A DNA stretch of 59,708 nt, from positions 1 to 59,708 of IMG/VR virus record IMGVR_UViG_3300014656_000031. One strand, written 5' to 3'. A program made the position numbers and the translations under genes. Source of the stretch: a virus. Lineage: Duplodnaviria; Caudoviricetes. How positions within the stretch are numbered: the first letter of the stretch is position 1; the number at the start of each line of letters is the position of its first letter. Shown piece by piece: positions 36,750 to 48,500 of this stretch. The notes beneath the pieces are model-generated. The model saw nothing but the letters and a program-made list of their open reading frames with translations. It searched no databases and was not told the origin of the DNA.

Positions 36750-39700
36750 TGGCTTGTAGATAATACAACGGTAAATGTTGTTTTACTTTCTTCTCCTTCA
36801 AATAAATAAACTAAATCTTCTGTGTTCATAAATCTATTAGCAATTAAATGACGTTTGTCTAAAGGCAGTTCTGCATCTGTACTATAAATTGGTCCCATTA
36901 ATGCTGAGCACGGCCCGGCCATGGTATTAGTATTGCAAGCATACACACTGACCTGTGCAATAAATGTATCGTATTCTTGTCCTGTGACTGTATAAATATG
37001 TGGTATTAACCAATTGCGCGGATCATGAGCAGATAGTGGATAATATCCTCCATCTACTAATATAGACCCGTCACTTAATGCTGTAGTATATGGAATCCTT
37101 GTTATGGTTTCCACTTCTGAATCATCGCCAAAATCAAAATCTAATCTGCAAATTGGAAACGATCCAGGGACAGAACAAGATGTTGTAAAATATGCAGTAA
37201 ATGGAGATATTCCAGTTGCCGATACTGCCGACAAGCAACAGGTAGGAGGTATTTCTTTAACATAAACATAAAATTCAGTATCGCTAGTACTACGAGCGCA
37301 TACATCTTGTGTACTTGTATTACTTGCTTCTACTGTTAATGTAACATCATAAATACCTGGCATTACATAGGTATGAACTGCTGTATGACATGTTACATCT
37401 GTTCGCCAACAACCACTCTTAAATGTTCCCACTAAAGATGCTTCCGTTGCTTCTACTACATATTCATTATCAGTATCCTCAGTATAATAATCCCCAAAAT
37501 TCCAATGATATGAACTAATAGGAAATGTATGTGGTTCAGATGAATCCATAAAATATACAGTCACATTAGGAGCATACCCAGATACATAATTATATACACC
37601 ATTTGGTATTTGTGCATATTCATATGAAATCAAGTCTGATGCTTTATTGTTTAATGTTTCATCTGAATAATCCGAAGGAACTGTGAAAGCAGATATCGCC
37701 CAGAAATTAGCAAACGGTTCAAATTCTTTGACACATAGATATTGTGTAAATGATGACATAGATGGAGTTCCACTATCTTTAGGAGAGGCTGCACATACAT
37801 TCACTGTAAATACATATGGCCCATATCTATACTCATTTAATTTAAGTAATAAAGCATCACTTCCTCTATTTTCAGAATTGGCAGTATCTGAAGGCAATTT
37901 GGTTAAAAGATCTGTTTCTATATATACCGCACTAATATGTGTCCAATTTGATCCAACAGGTGCGGCCGTCCAACCAGCAAAATTTTCACTGTTCCAAATA
38001 TTACTTGCGCTAATTTCTAATAGCCATCCTGTTACTGCATATGATCGCGCTAATGAAGTATCATAAATAGTAGCACTAAGCATGTCTGTACCATATGCAA
38101 TATTATTTCGAGTATATATATTTGTAGGAATCGTATAATCTAAATCTTTATCGAAACGAGAAGTTGGTTTCCATCGAAGCATAGGACATCCAAACCAATC
38201 TAATCTTTCAGCCAAACTGTCTTCATGTTTGATTACCAATCCAGCCTCAGGCCATCTTTCAGACACAACAATTTCTGTGTTGTTACTTACTACATTAATA
38301 CTACTACATGCATATGGATTAAAATTTCCATGTGCAGATACTATAGGCGCAAATATTCCAGATGCAGTAAACCATTGTATATCCCCTGATATACCAAATC
38401 TATTAGGATCATGATATGTGTGCGCGGCGGATACCGTTGTTATATAATTATTTGCTACAACATATTGTTGATTATTATTAACACTATATGTATTTATATT
38501 TATTGTTTCATCAACATCTGAATAATAATCATTGTAATCAAAATCCCACGAAGACAAAACATAGGTTCCAGGATTTGCGACCGCTCTATATACTACACTT
38601 AAATCATCATACCCTGATGCCTGTGTATAATTAGTGTTATATTGAGTATCTTGCCATTGTGATATAGCAGGCTCTTGTAAAGGTGAATCTTGGGTTGCTT
38701 CAGATATGATTAATTCAACAGATGGGTCTGTTGGACTTGGATGTGTATAAGTATACGATGTGGATGCAATAGATTTGCCTAATAACAAATTGCCTGTAAA
38801 ATCAGAATATTCATACGAATAACTTAGTGTTGCTCCGCTTTCATTATTAACATAATATCTTTTTGGAAAATAAACCAATTGATTTTGATTAGTGTAATTT
38901 GGATATACTCTTTTACCACTGATATTAAAATTGTCCCCACCGTGGTCAGTATACCAATCTTCAATATCTGTTACAGTATTTGCTGAATTTAAAGCAGAAC
39001 CATATACTGTGTTTGTTGATCCCTCAATTCCATACTCTACGGTTTCAAAATCTTTTACTAATGCATGCCATTCTGCTAAAGGTGTCGCTGCCATACAAGA
39101 TGTTTCTCTTGTTAAAAACCATTCAATTTCGCGTGTATTAGTATTTGATGAGGGCCAATCATTTATTCCCACTGTTGGATATCTACAAAAACCGCCATAT
39201 GGATATATATCATCAGCAGATAACTGATAAAATTTTACAATATTACCTGAACTGTTTTTTGCTCCTCCAATGACCCAAATATTATTTTCCGAATCACATC
39301 CTATACCATTTGGTTGAAATGATAGATCAACCTTTCCTTGCCCACCCTCAAAGTTTTTTGTGGTAACATTAAACAAACTGTACCCCATGTTTTTATTTTC
39401 ACAGCCGGCAACAAACACTTTATAATTGTCAGAATTGGTATTTGGATATAGATTAGGAAAATCTACAGTAATTCCCTTGCACCCTTTATTAGGAACTGTA
39501 GATGGAAACACCTGTCCTCTTTTTGTAATATATGTTGATCCGCTTTTATATGCATAGTCTACAATTCTATCATCTTGTTGTGGTGTCTGACGGTTGCCAT
39601 AAAATCTTGAGGTAAACAATGTGCCATCTTTACCAACCGCTAATCCATAGGATGTATAATTGTTGTATAACAATTGACACGACCACGATGTCCCATTATT

Positions 39701-40783
39701 TTTAATAACATTTACACTTCTGCGACTTCCCGATCCGCCAGAAGGTGCTCTTTGTGTAGGCCCAATAACACAGAAATATGTATTAGGATCATCTGGTGCT
39801 GTTGCTAATCCATAATTTGCTCCGTGATAATTATATACAAGAGTTTTTGGTGCAGTATACGTTCCTGTTGTTGATTCAGATATACATGAATATAAATGAG
39901 CATTGTTTTTATATGCCCCATAAAATGTTCCTACATAAGCATCGCCTGTATTATAATTAATTGCAATTCCGCATCCGTGTGGTGGATCAGCTGGTAATTC
40001 ATCAGGAGGATAATCTGATATTTTATTTTGTCCAGGAGTACAATTAAAAGCATTTAATTCTTGGCCGTTTTTCAAAGAACATTTAAAAGCATATACCTTA
40101 CTATCTTTATATAAATGATACCTATCAGTTATCCATACCCATCCACCATATCCTGCTGCTCCTGCATGTGTTGTTGGATCATTAGTGATTCGTGTAACAT
40201 CTACTGCTGTTCTCGATATATTTCTAGCAATACCCTCAGGAGAACGTAATTGTGTAATCCATATCCTATCTCCTTCGGAATGAAGCATGTCATGTTTTAC
40301 TTGTGTCTTGGTTGATACACATTGAACTTTGCCATTAGAAGTATGTACAATTAAAACATATGGAAGGCCATCATATCCACTATCTGATTCTTCTTTTAGT
40401 ATGTAATATAGTGGTCTTTGTGTGGCATACACTTCATCTAATATTTGTTTATCTGATTTAGAAGGATCGTTGTATATATTTTTTAAAAGTGCTCCTGGAG
40501 GCGCACCATAATAATATCCTGATAAATTGTCTATATAGCTTATTGTAGTACTAAAATTAGACGTTATTTGTTTTATTATATATTTGTCTGCAAAATCAAA
40601 ATTTCTAGGAAATCCACACGAACCAACAGCACCAATATATCTATAAATATTGATTTTTTTAAAGTTACCCAGTGCTCCTGGTGAATAAGACCACGATAAT
40701 CTAAATCTATGTTCATATCCTCCGCCTGGGCCAGAAGAAATCAACGGTGTGCAGCTCGTAAATTGTATTGTATTGCTTGACAT
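36746..40783 (-). CDS. large PKD-domain tail protein
   Basis: SYHWNFGD..HTYVMPGIYDVTLTV, FDFGDD PKD motifs. Confidence 0.78.
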   Translation of the reverse strand: MSSNTIQFTSCTPLISSGPGGGYEHRFRLSWSYSPGALGNFKKINIYRYIGAVGSCGFPRNFDFADKYIIKQITSNFSTTISYIDNLSGYYYGAPPGALLKNIYNDPSKSDKQILDEVYATQRPLYYILKEESDSGYDGLPYVLIVHTSNGKVQCVSTKTQVKHDMLHSEGDRIWITQLRSPEGIARNISRTAVDVTRITNDPTTHAGAAGYGGWVWITDRYHLYKDSKVYAFKCSLKNGQELNAFNCTPGQNKISDYPPDELPADPPHGCGIAINYNTGDAYVGTFYGAYKNNAHLYSCISESTTGTYTAPKTLVYNYHGANYGLATAPDDPNTYFCVIGPTQRAPSGGSGSRRSVNVIKNNGTSWSCQLLYNNYTSYGLAVGKDGTLFTSRFYGNRQTPQQDDRIVDYAYKSGSTYITKRGQVFPSTVPNKGCKGITVDFPNLYPNTNSDNYKVFVAGCENKNMGYSLFNVTTKNFEGGQGKVDLSFQPNGIGCDSENNIWVIGGAKNSSGNIVKFYQLSADDIYPYGGFCRYPTVGINDWPSSNTNTREIEWFLTRETSCMAATPLAEWHALVKDFETVEYGIEGSTNTVYGSALNSANTVTDIEDWYTDHGGDNFNISGKRVYPNYTNQNQLVYFPKRYYVNNESGATLSYSYEYSDFTGNLLLGKSIASTSYTYTHPSPTDPSVELIISEATQDSPLQEPAISQWQDTQYNTNYTQASGYDDLSVVYRAVANPGTYVLSSWDFDYNDYYSDVDETININTYSVNNNQQYVVANNYITTVSAAHTYHDPNRFGISGDIQWFTASGIFAPIVSAHGNFNPYACSSINVVSNNTEIVVSERWPEAGLVIKHEDSLAERLDWFGCPMLRWKPTSRFDKDLDYTIPTNIYTRNNIAYGTDMLSATIYDTSLARSYAVTGWLLEISASNIWNSENFAGWTAAPVGSNWTHISAVYIETDLLTKLPSDTANSENRGSDALLLKLNEYRYGPYVFTVNVCAASPKDSGTPSMSSFTQYLCVKEFEPFANFWAISAFTVPSDYSDETLNNKASDLISYEYAQIPNGVYNYVSGYAPNVTVYFMDSSEPHTFPISSYHWNFGDYYTEDTDNEYVVEATEASLVGTFKSGCWRTDVTCHTAVHTYVMPGIYDVTLTVEASNTSTQDVCARSTSDTEFYVYVKEIPPTCCLSAVSATGISPFTAYFTTSCSVPGSFPICRLDFDFGDDSEVETITRIPYTTALSDGSILVDGGYYPLSAHDPRNWLIPHIYTVTGQEYDTFIAQVSVYACNTNTMAGPCSALMGPIYSTDAELPLDKRHLIANRFMNTEDLVYLFEGEESKTTFTVVLSTSQ

Positions 40784-40820
40784 ATTTCTAAATACTTATA
40801 CCCATTCTCTCATTCTTCAA

Positions 40821-43800
40821 TTATATTGTAGGTGTTAAAACTGTTACGTTATCGATAAAGTAGTCTCCGCCTCTAATTAAAATGTCTATAGAGTTAACAT
40901 ACATCCCCTGTTTCAATTCACCATATCCCACAAATGATACATTATATTTGTTATATTCTTTGTTATATGTAAATACAGGATCTTCAATGGCCGACAATTG
41001 TATAGAAGCAATGGATGTTATAATTGTGCCAGTGCTATCATTTAAAACCTTTTCTAATATATTAGTTTCAAGATCTAGCGAATATAGCACCGGATAATAT
41101 ACATAATCACTACTATTTACCATACAAATGATAACAGATTTTTCTTCTTCATGAAACCACGTTCCACCAAAATGACCATCACAAATTGGAATACGATGTA
41201 TATTATCCGCAATAGTGTATATCTCATTTGTATCATAATCAAAAGATATTTTTGCGAACAATAAATAAGCTGTTGTATTTAACATTATTGTATCATACCA
41301 AATATCAAAATCCTTTAAATACGAACTTAATTGTGTTTCAAATGAGGTATTTAAAATATAGAAATTATCATAAACGCTTGCCAAAGATTCTTGGGCAATT
41401 TTAATTGTATTTCGAGCATCTCGTGTCCACAATTCTCCAGGCAACTGGCGCTTTTCATATATTGTCAACCCCGCTGTATCTTTAAACAGTGCATATTGGT
41501 TTCCAAATATATCGGTTTTCCATTGATATAATTGTTTATCTGTGTCATAGAATTGTTCATACCAGCTCTCAATAGGATATTGTTTTCTGAAATTGGTATT
41601 CCAATCTATTGTATTTTCCCACACATTATCTTCATCTCCATACCATGGATCATATGCATCACCTTGTCTCCTGATACCATTATCATTTTTACTAGTGGTT
41701 TCATATTTAGTTTGATATGGTATAAATTCTTGATGCTTTTGTGCATTTGTAATATATCCAGATTTACCCCATTCAGTTATATTTGATTTCATCCAATTAG
41801 AATTTATTGTTGTTGTTGTTATAGGTGTTGTTTGATCTTTTTTAGACAATCCTCTATCCGTTGCATATATATCAACATTTCTGAAAATTGTCTGATATCC
41901 TCTATTTTCCATTACTAATAAACCATTGCCTACTGTATCAATTATGTTATGTATATTTTTACATACTGCAGTAGATATGCCTAGCATTCTTGGAATAAAG
42001 TATCCTCCACGGTCTTTCAAGCTATACATATTACCAATATATGGTACAGCAGCATATGTTGGATAATGTCTATTGGTCAAATAGGCATATGGGGTTAAAG
42101 GAGTTATAAGATCACCACTAGTAGCAACATTCCAACTTCCGCCTGTTGGTGGTATTCCTTGAGTTGAGCTACTTACTTCTTGCATCCAGGTAAAAGAATT
42201 TCTCGCATAATAGTTTACTAATAGAGGAACATTCTCAATATATTTGAATTCGATATCAGATGAAATATTTGTTGCAGTGACTGTCAAGTCTCTAACATTG
42301 TTTAATGAGTTGGCTGTTAAATTAGATACTGCATTAGTATCAAACAATAACTGGCGCCATTGATATATAGGTGTAGCAGCTGTATATACTAGTGGCTGTT
42401 CCCATACTATTGCTGTATCATCTATTCTCTTATATTCTACATACGTATCACTGTCTAAAATCATATTAGACATTTTGCCACCATATATAAAATTATAATC
42501 ATCTACCAATTCCGGTATACCATCCCAAATAGCAATTCCTTTATATTTTGTACTTTCCGTATCAGAGTCTAATGCTTGTAACCATACAGGTCGTGCACCA
42601 CTAGTAATACCATCAAACAAATTTGTAGAATAATTCCACCCAGACAGTGGCACACTTAAAATATAATTTATATTGTCTGAATTAAAACAATCCATTCGAG
42701 CTACATAACTAGACACAGATGACACTCCTGTAGATACAGAGTATTGCTGTATATTGTTTATATGTGCTATAGATGTCATTGGCAATCCTAATGTCATATC
42801 AGGATAGGGTATATTAAAAGATTCCAAAATATTACCGTATGCATCAAAAGTAGAGATAGGCACGTGACGAATGCTGTTAGGATCCGAAACAGATGTTAAT
42901 GAACTCGATATTGTAATATCATCTAAAGTTGGGTATATTTTTACGGTTTCTTGTGTAACATTTATTTCTACTGAACTTATAGGTATTATTTTTGTAGATA
43001 TATGATCATAATATAAATAATCCCCTGGACCAAAAGTTAATGTTGTTGGTTCATCTACTGATATCCAATCTTCGGTATCTTTATCATACCTCATTTTTAT
43101 CCACTGCTGTGCTGAATTTGTATACTTGTATTTTAAAATTAAATATGGAGCATTTTCTTCAGGAGTTGTTCTATTTAATCCAGAACGATAATACGCATAC
43201 ATCATATTATTTTTTAATATAAATGGTTGACCAGTATATGTAATCCACGAACCTGGTCCCCATCCAACATCAGGTTCATTTTGTTGTCCATTATTTAATT
43301 TGAACCATCCAAATTCTGTACTACTCTTGTATCCTAGTCCATCAGAACCTCTCCATAAATCAAAATCAAATGCTTCAGTTGGATTTGTTATTGATATAAT
43401 ATAATCTGACAGTTTATTAAAATCATCAAATTTATTGCCCGGATGACCTAAAGGAGAATAATAAAGAGCTTTACAATCACACTTTAACCATTGATTATAG
43501 TCTAAATCTTTTTTCTGGGCAGGAATTTCTTTATGCAATGATATTAAATCTTCAGCTATATATTCACAATCCGTTTGATGGGCATAATTTTTAATAACTT
43601 CATTTGCATTTTTATCTTCATCTTGCCAAATAAATGTACATCGTTTTCCGGGTGTAACAAAATGTGTTAATCCTGGCTGTGCAGCTGCACTAATAGGCGA
43701 AACATCAGTATCCATACCTTCTATATATGTTATAGGTGCACCACTTAACCATGCGGCATCTATAGCTATACTATCATTAATTGTTTCCCGTTCTGTATAT

Positions 43801-45554
43801 AATGGGGCTAATAATTTATAAATTATATCACTAGTTTGTGGAGAAGGCCCTGCGCACGCGCCTAAAAAGTATTTCATATTAATAGAACTTAATGTCATAA
43901 CCGTACATTGACTAGATAATGCAACAACAGGAATATCTTTAGTGTATCTTATAAATGGCCAATATATTGAATTACCTCCTAACGCAAGAGGTATTTCTGT
44001 GTGCGTCATTTTATGTAACCATGCATACTGTTGATGTCCATTATAAACACCATTAGGATTAGTATCAAAAGGTCCACCAACTCTAATTGTAATCGAATCG
44101 GAATCATCGTATTTTATTCCTGCAAGTGCTCCATTTTCAACTAATGGTGTGTCATAAATGTATATTGGTTTTAATGTACTCAATGTACTAGATGTCGTTG
44201 CCCAATACAATGACTTGATATCTATTTGTGTCTGTTTATCTAAATAATAATGGCTATAATCTAAATTGTTATATTGTTTTCCGGACCAATCTAAATCCTC
44301 CCCACTTACACCAAATCCTGGTGTAGGAAAACTAAATACAGTTTTTCCTTTTGGAAGTCGAGCAGACATGATATGATTGATAGTTGTTGTGCCATCCTTT
44401 CTAAGCCAAGCACCTTTATAGTCATCTCCCTGCCAAGTAAAAATAATATCAGATTGAGTATATTTTGCTGCTCCTGTTGCACCACTTTCTACTAAATTAG
44501 ATTCTAATATATTTGTTGCATCATATTGACTATAAGGATCTGCATAATAATGTTCGCCGGATAGCCAATAAAACCAATTATTACCAACCTCAAGAGGTAT
44601 TGAAAATTCAGCCTGTACAGGAGTATAATACCCTCCATCAATAACATATTGTGTTTCACCAAGATATTTTTCAGTTAAGGCCTTACGATAATATAAATCA
44701 AACATCCCATCACTAATTAATAACTCTGCGGCAGTTAATGGCATTCCATTATTGTACAGAATCATTATATTGCTTAATCCACTTAATAAAGGATTGTCTG
44801 TATATATAGGTGAGGTGCCTATTTTATATAGCCAATCAAAATCGTTTGTGTTTAACATTTTCCCTGTTAAATATGTTCCCACTGTAGTTGAAGTTAAGTC
44901 GTAATAATCAGTAACATTTACTGTAGGATCTTTATCATAATATTCTGTATCATCATATAATTCTTCTACTATAATTTGAAAAGATGGAGATACAGCGGAT
45001 AATTCCGGCAAAGCATTTAATACGGAAAGATCTGTAACATTAGTTAAATATTCATTACCGGGAAAACGCCTTCTTGTAAATGCTTTTAATAGATACTCAT
45101 AAAACAACCTTTCTAATGCCGGGCGCGAGCCTGAAGTGTTATATTTTAATTTAGCCTTTTTAACAGCTTCTCGTTTATTAATAATATAAATAGCTATTTC
45201 TTTTAACTTACGTGCATAGAATGGTATGGCTTGTTCTAATTCTATTGGATCGTCAAAATTTATATCTGACATCCATTCTCGGTCAGCTTCTGATTTAAAC
45301 ACAATCGCTAATTGTTTTATTAATTGTTTATAATCTTCTTTTAATTGTTCAGAGGTGTCCTGTTTGCTTGCGTTATGTGTAATATACCATTGAGATAGAT
45401 AACCATCATACTGTTCCTTTTCTTTACCAGGAATTACTCCTATATTTCTTTTAATCCATTCAATAAAACTATAAGGAGAATTAACATCCTTAGACACTCC
45501 GGATTGTTGTGTTAAATCTATTGCCTTTGAATATTTGCTTAAAACATTACTCAT
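40821..45554 (-). CDS. large baseplate/tail protein
   Basis: 1577-aa ORF in baseplate operon. Confidence 0.7.
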   Translation of the reverse strand: MSNVLSKYSKAIDLTQQSGVSKDVNSPYSFIEWIKRNIGVIPGKEKEQYDGYLSQWYITHNASKQDTSEQLKEDYKQLIKQLAIVFKSEADREWMSDINFDDPIELEQAIPFYARKLKEIAIYIINKREAVKKAKLKYNTSGSRPALERLFYEYLLKAFTRRRFPGNEYLTNVTDLSVLNALPELSAVSPSFQIIVEELYDDTEYYDKDPTVNVTDYYDLTSTTVGTYLTGKMLNTNDFDWLYKIGTSPIYTDNPLLSGLSNIMILYNNGMPLTAAELLISDGMFDLYYRKALTEKYLGETQYVIDGGYYTPVQAEFSIPLEVGNNWFYWLSGEHYYADPYSQYDATNILESNLVESGATGAAKYTQSDIIFTWQGDDYKGAWLRKDGTTTINHIMSARLPKGKTVFSFPTPGFGVSGEDLDWSGKQYNNLDYSHYYLDKQTQIDIKSLYWATTSSTLSTLKPIYIYDTPLVENGALAGIKYDDSDSITIRVGGPFDTNPNGVYNGHQQYAWLHKMTHTEIPLALGGNSIYWPFIRYTKDIPVVALSSQCTVMTLSSINMKYFLGACAGPSPQTSDIIYKLLAPLYTERETINDSIAIDAAWLSGAPITYIEGMDTDVSPISAAAQPGLTHFVTPGKRCTFIWQDEDKNANEVIKNYAHQTDCEYIAEDLISLHKEIPAQKKDLDYNQWLKCDCKALYYSPLGHPGNKFDDFNKLSDYIISITNPTEAFDFDLWRGSDGLGYKSSTEFGWFKLNNGQQNEPDVGWGPGSWITYTGQPFILKNNMMYAYYRSGLNRTTPEENAPYLILKYKYTNSAQQWIKMRYDKDTEDWISVDEPTTLTFGPGDYLYYDHISTKIIPISSVEINVTQETVKIYPTLDDITISSSLTSVSDPNSIRHVPISTFDAYGNILESFNIPYPDMTLGLPMTSIAHINNIQQYSVSTGVSSVSSYVARMDCFNSDNINYILSVPLSGWNYSTNLFDGITSGARPVWLQALDSDTESTKYKGIAIWDGIPELVDDYNFIYGGKMSNMILDSDTYVEYKRIDDTAIVWEQPLVYTAATPIYQWRQLLFDTNAVSNLTANSLNNVRDLTVTATNISSDIEFKYIENVPLLVNYYARNSFTWMQEVSSSTQGIPPTGGSWNVATSGDLITPLTPYAYLTNRHYPTYAAVPYIGNMYSLKDRGGYFIPRMLGISTAVCKNIHNIIDTVGNGLLVMENRGYQTIFRNVDIYATDRGLSKKDQTTPITTTTINSNWMKSNITEWGKSGYITNAQKHQEFIPYQTKYETTSKNDNGIRRQGDAYDPWYGDEDNVWENTIDWNTNFRKQYPIESWYEQFYDTDKQLYQWKTDIFGNQYALFKDTAGLTIYEKRQLPGELWTRDARNTIKIAQESLASVYDNFYILNTSFETQLSSYLKDFDIWYDTIMLNTTAYLLFAKISFDYDTNEIYTIADNIHRIPICDGHFGGTWFHEEEKSVIICMVNSSDYVYYPVLYSLDLETNILEKVLNDSTGTIITSIASIQLSAIEDPVFTYNKEYNKYNVSFVGYGELKQGMYVNSIDILIRGGDYFIDNVTVLTPTI

Positions 45555-48500
45555 CTATTAACCCTAAACCTTTATGCAGTGTATAATTAATTATTTTTTC
45601 AACAGTTTTTTCACTTCCAAGCCAATCTTCAATGCCTGATATAGTTTCATCTAAAGTAGTGTATGAATCGTCCCAATTAATATCCCCTGCTATTTGTGTA
45701 TCACATTGAACTGGAATGTATTCATAAAAACAATATCTGTCACTAATTATATTAAACTCTTCTTCATTGGCTGTTGTTCCTACTGTATATGAATGAGGCA
45801 AAAGCCAATAATAAGACTCTGAAAGCGGATATGTGGATATACAAGAAGTGGCCGATTGAAAGACGTCACAAAGGTTTTGATTGACATTTATTTTTTCTCT
45901 TAAATAATTACCAATAAATATATTTCCAATAGCGCCATTTAAAATAAACAATCCATTATATGAAGGAGATTTAGCCGGAGGGTACGATCCATTTACAGCT
46001 ACATCATACAACTTCCACCTGTCCCCATTTGAAAATGATGTATAAAATCCATTAGAATTGTAAAAAAGTCTACTCATATAAAAAATTGTATCGTTCATTG
46101 CCATTTTTAATGGAACAGTATATAAAGGCAGTGAAGTGATGGATGTCCATGTAGTACCACCATTTAATGTTATTTGTGGGTGATCCGCCCATCTGCCCAC
46201 TAATATTGTTTGACCATCATTAGATATAGTAATTGACTGCCAATTATCTGTACTATTTGTAATTTGTGTCCATGCAGGTGTCCCAATAGAATATGTTGAT
46301 ATATAATTTCCAAATGTACAAAATGTTAAATTTTCCCCATTTTCAGACACCCCAACCCCATTAATAAAAACTCCAAAAGATAAATATTTTTCGTACCAAT
46401 TATCACCAATATCAAAGGTATACTGTATTTTTGTAAGAGTTGACGCTATTGCTGTATGTCCATTAGAAGATGCTTCTAAATATACCCATTCGTATGGTAA
46501 TATAGGAGGACAATAATTCCACGTTACTCCACCGTCTAATGATCTATACATATACCCGCCTGTCCCGCCTGAAGATTTTTCACACGCATATATAATTTGT
46601 CCATCTGATGATAATGTTAATCCTCTCCAATCAACCTGTCCAATTCCATCTATTACATTTTTAATAGAGCTTGATCTCCACGTAATACCACCATTATCTG
46701 ATATATACATTTTTCCATTAGTGTTTACATCTATGGATGCAATAACTACCAATTTTAATCCACTATCTGAAATAGCTACATATTTAAAATATTTTTCTGG
46801 ATATGGAAATGATCGAGTTATATCACTCCATATATATGACTGGTTATATATATCTTCACAAGATAATGGAGGTGTTATTAACTCATAGCCTAAATTTAAA
46901 TAAGCGTCTCTAACTATAAAAGGCTGATAAGCCGTAACTATATATGATGACGGATTAAACAATGATCCTCTATTTCCAGGATGTAAATGATTACATTTGT
47001 CACATAAATAATCTACTTCAATAAGTTCTGATCCTGATAAATATGTTCGGTATTCATTTCTAATATTTTTATTGCATCCACAACGAGATCCCCACAAATA
47101 TTGTTGATTAACGGATATGATATCCATAATTCTTTTTAATTCTGGAGGATACACCAATCCATAATCATCAATAGACACATCTGTTTCGTGTGCCATGCTA
47201 TATACTGAATCTATATTTGCATGACTAATATCTGCGTGATTTTTAGTATAATTTGCTGCCTTCTCGTACACCGTCCGACCAAACATTCCTCCACCATCTC
47301 CCTCTATTCCAGAATATGGTTGATCTGTTCCTATTGCCGATTCCATTATTCCGTTCCATAAAACAGGATTGTCTTTAATATGAGGCTGAACATATAAATT
47401 GCTCATCCATTCATTTGCATTCCAACTTTCATTATATCTACGAATGTCGTATCCAGTGTAATCTTCAATATCAAACAAATCACTACTTCCATATAATGTC
47501 ATTGAATCGCCAGAAATTATATGACTTAATACTCCATATTTTATTTGCCACCTAACTCCTGTCCAATCTCCAAAGGCCTGAGCAGATTTAAAATAATGAT
47601 TTAAAGGACCAGCAGAATATAATAATGTTACAGTGCTTACATTACTATCACTGATTTGATACAATGTGTTTTCTACTGAATTTATTACATAAATTTTATC
47701 ATCTGTGATACTTGCAATACCTTCCAATGCATTATATTCTAACAAAGGTCCTGCAGTAACCCATGGCATAGCACCTTGACCTATTTTAAAATCTGTTGTA
47801 GTACTATTTTCAACTGTAATTCGTGTAACTGTATTATAATCTTGCGTAAACCATATATTTTCACTCTCATCTATAGCAATATACTCAGGATGTACAGCAT
47901 TAAAGGACGACACCTGTATTGCATTAGAATATTTTACAACTTCACCGGAATAACTTAATGCGGAGACAACAGAATGATCCGTTAATGTAACCCACACATC
48001 ATTATTTGCATCTATTAAAATGTCCATAGGACACGAACAAAGTGGAAGTGTAATAATTGAGCACGGGCCCATACCATTAGTATCATATTTATATAAACAA
48101 CTGCATAAAGGATTACTATATGAAACCCAAATATTATCTTCTTTATCAGTTTCAGCTAATGGTGGTTTTCGTAAAGGATCAAAACTCTCTTCAATAGGCA
48201 AATCATAATTACAATCTACTGTAATTAAATGTGTGCCGTACTTGTCAAACTTTAATAAACTAGGCGAATCAAATAATGTAACCCAAAAATCATAATTACT
48301 ATCTAATGATATGCCTGCCGGTGTAAGAGCACTTACCGATATACTAGACACCATAATAGTGCACAGCCGTGTTCCAAATGTATCATATTTATATATAGCA
48401 TCCATTTCAGAATCAGTACACCATATACTAAAATCTGAATTTGTTGCTATTCCGAAAATACCTCCAAACCCAGACAACCCCATAGGATTATCAATTGGTA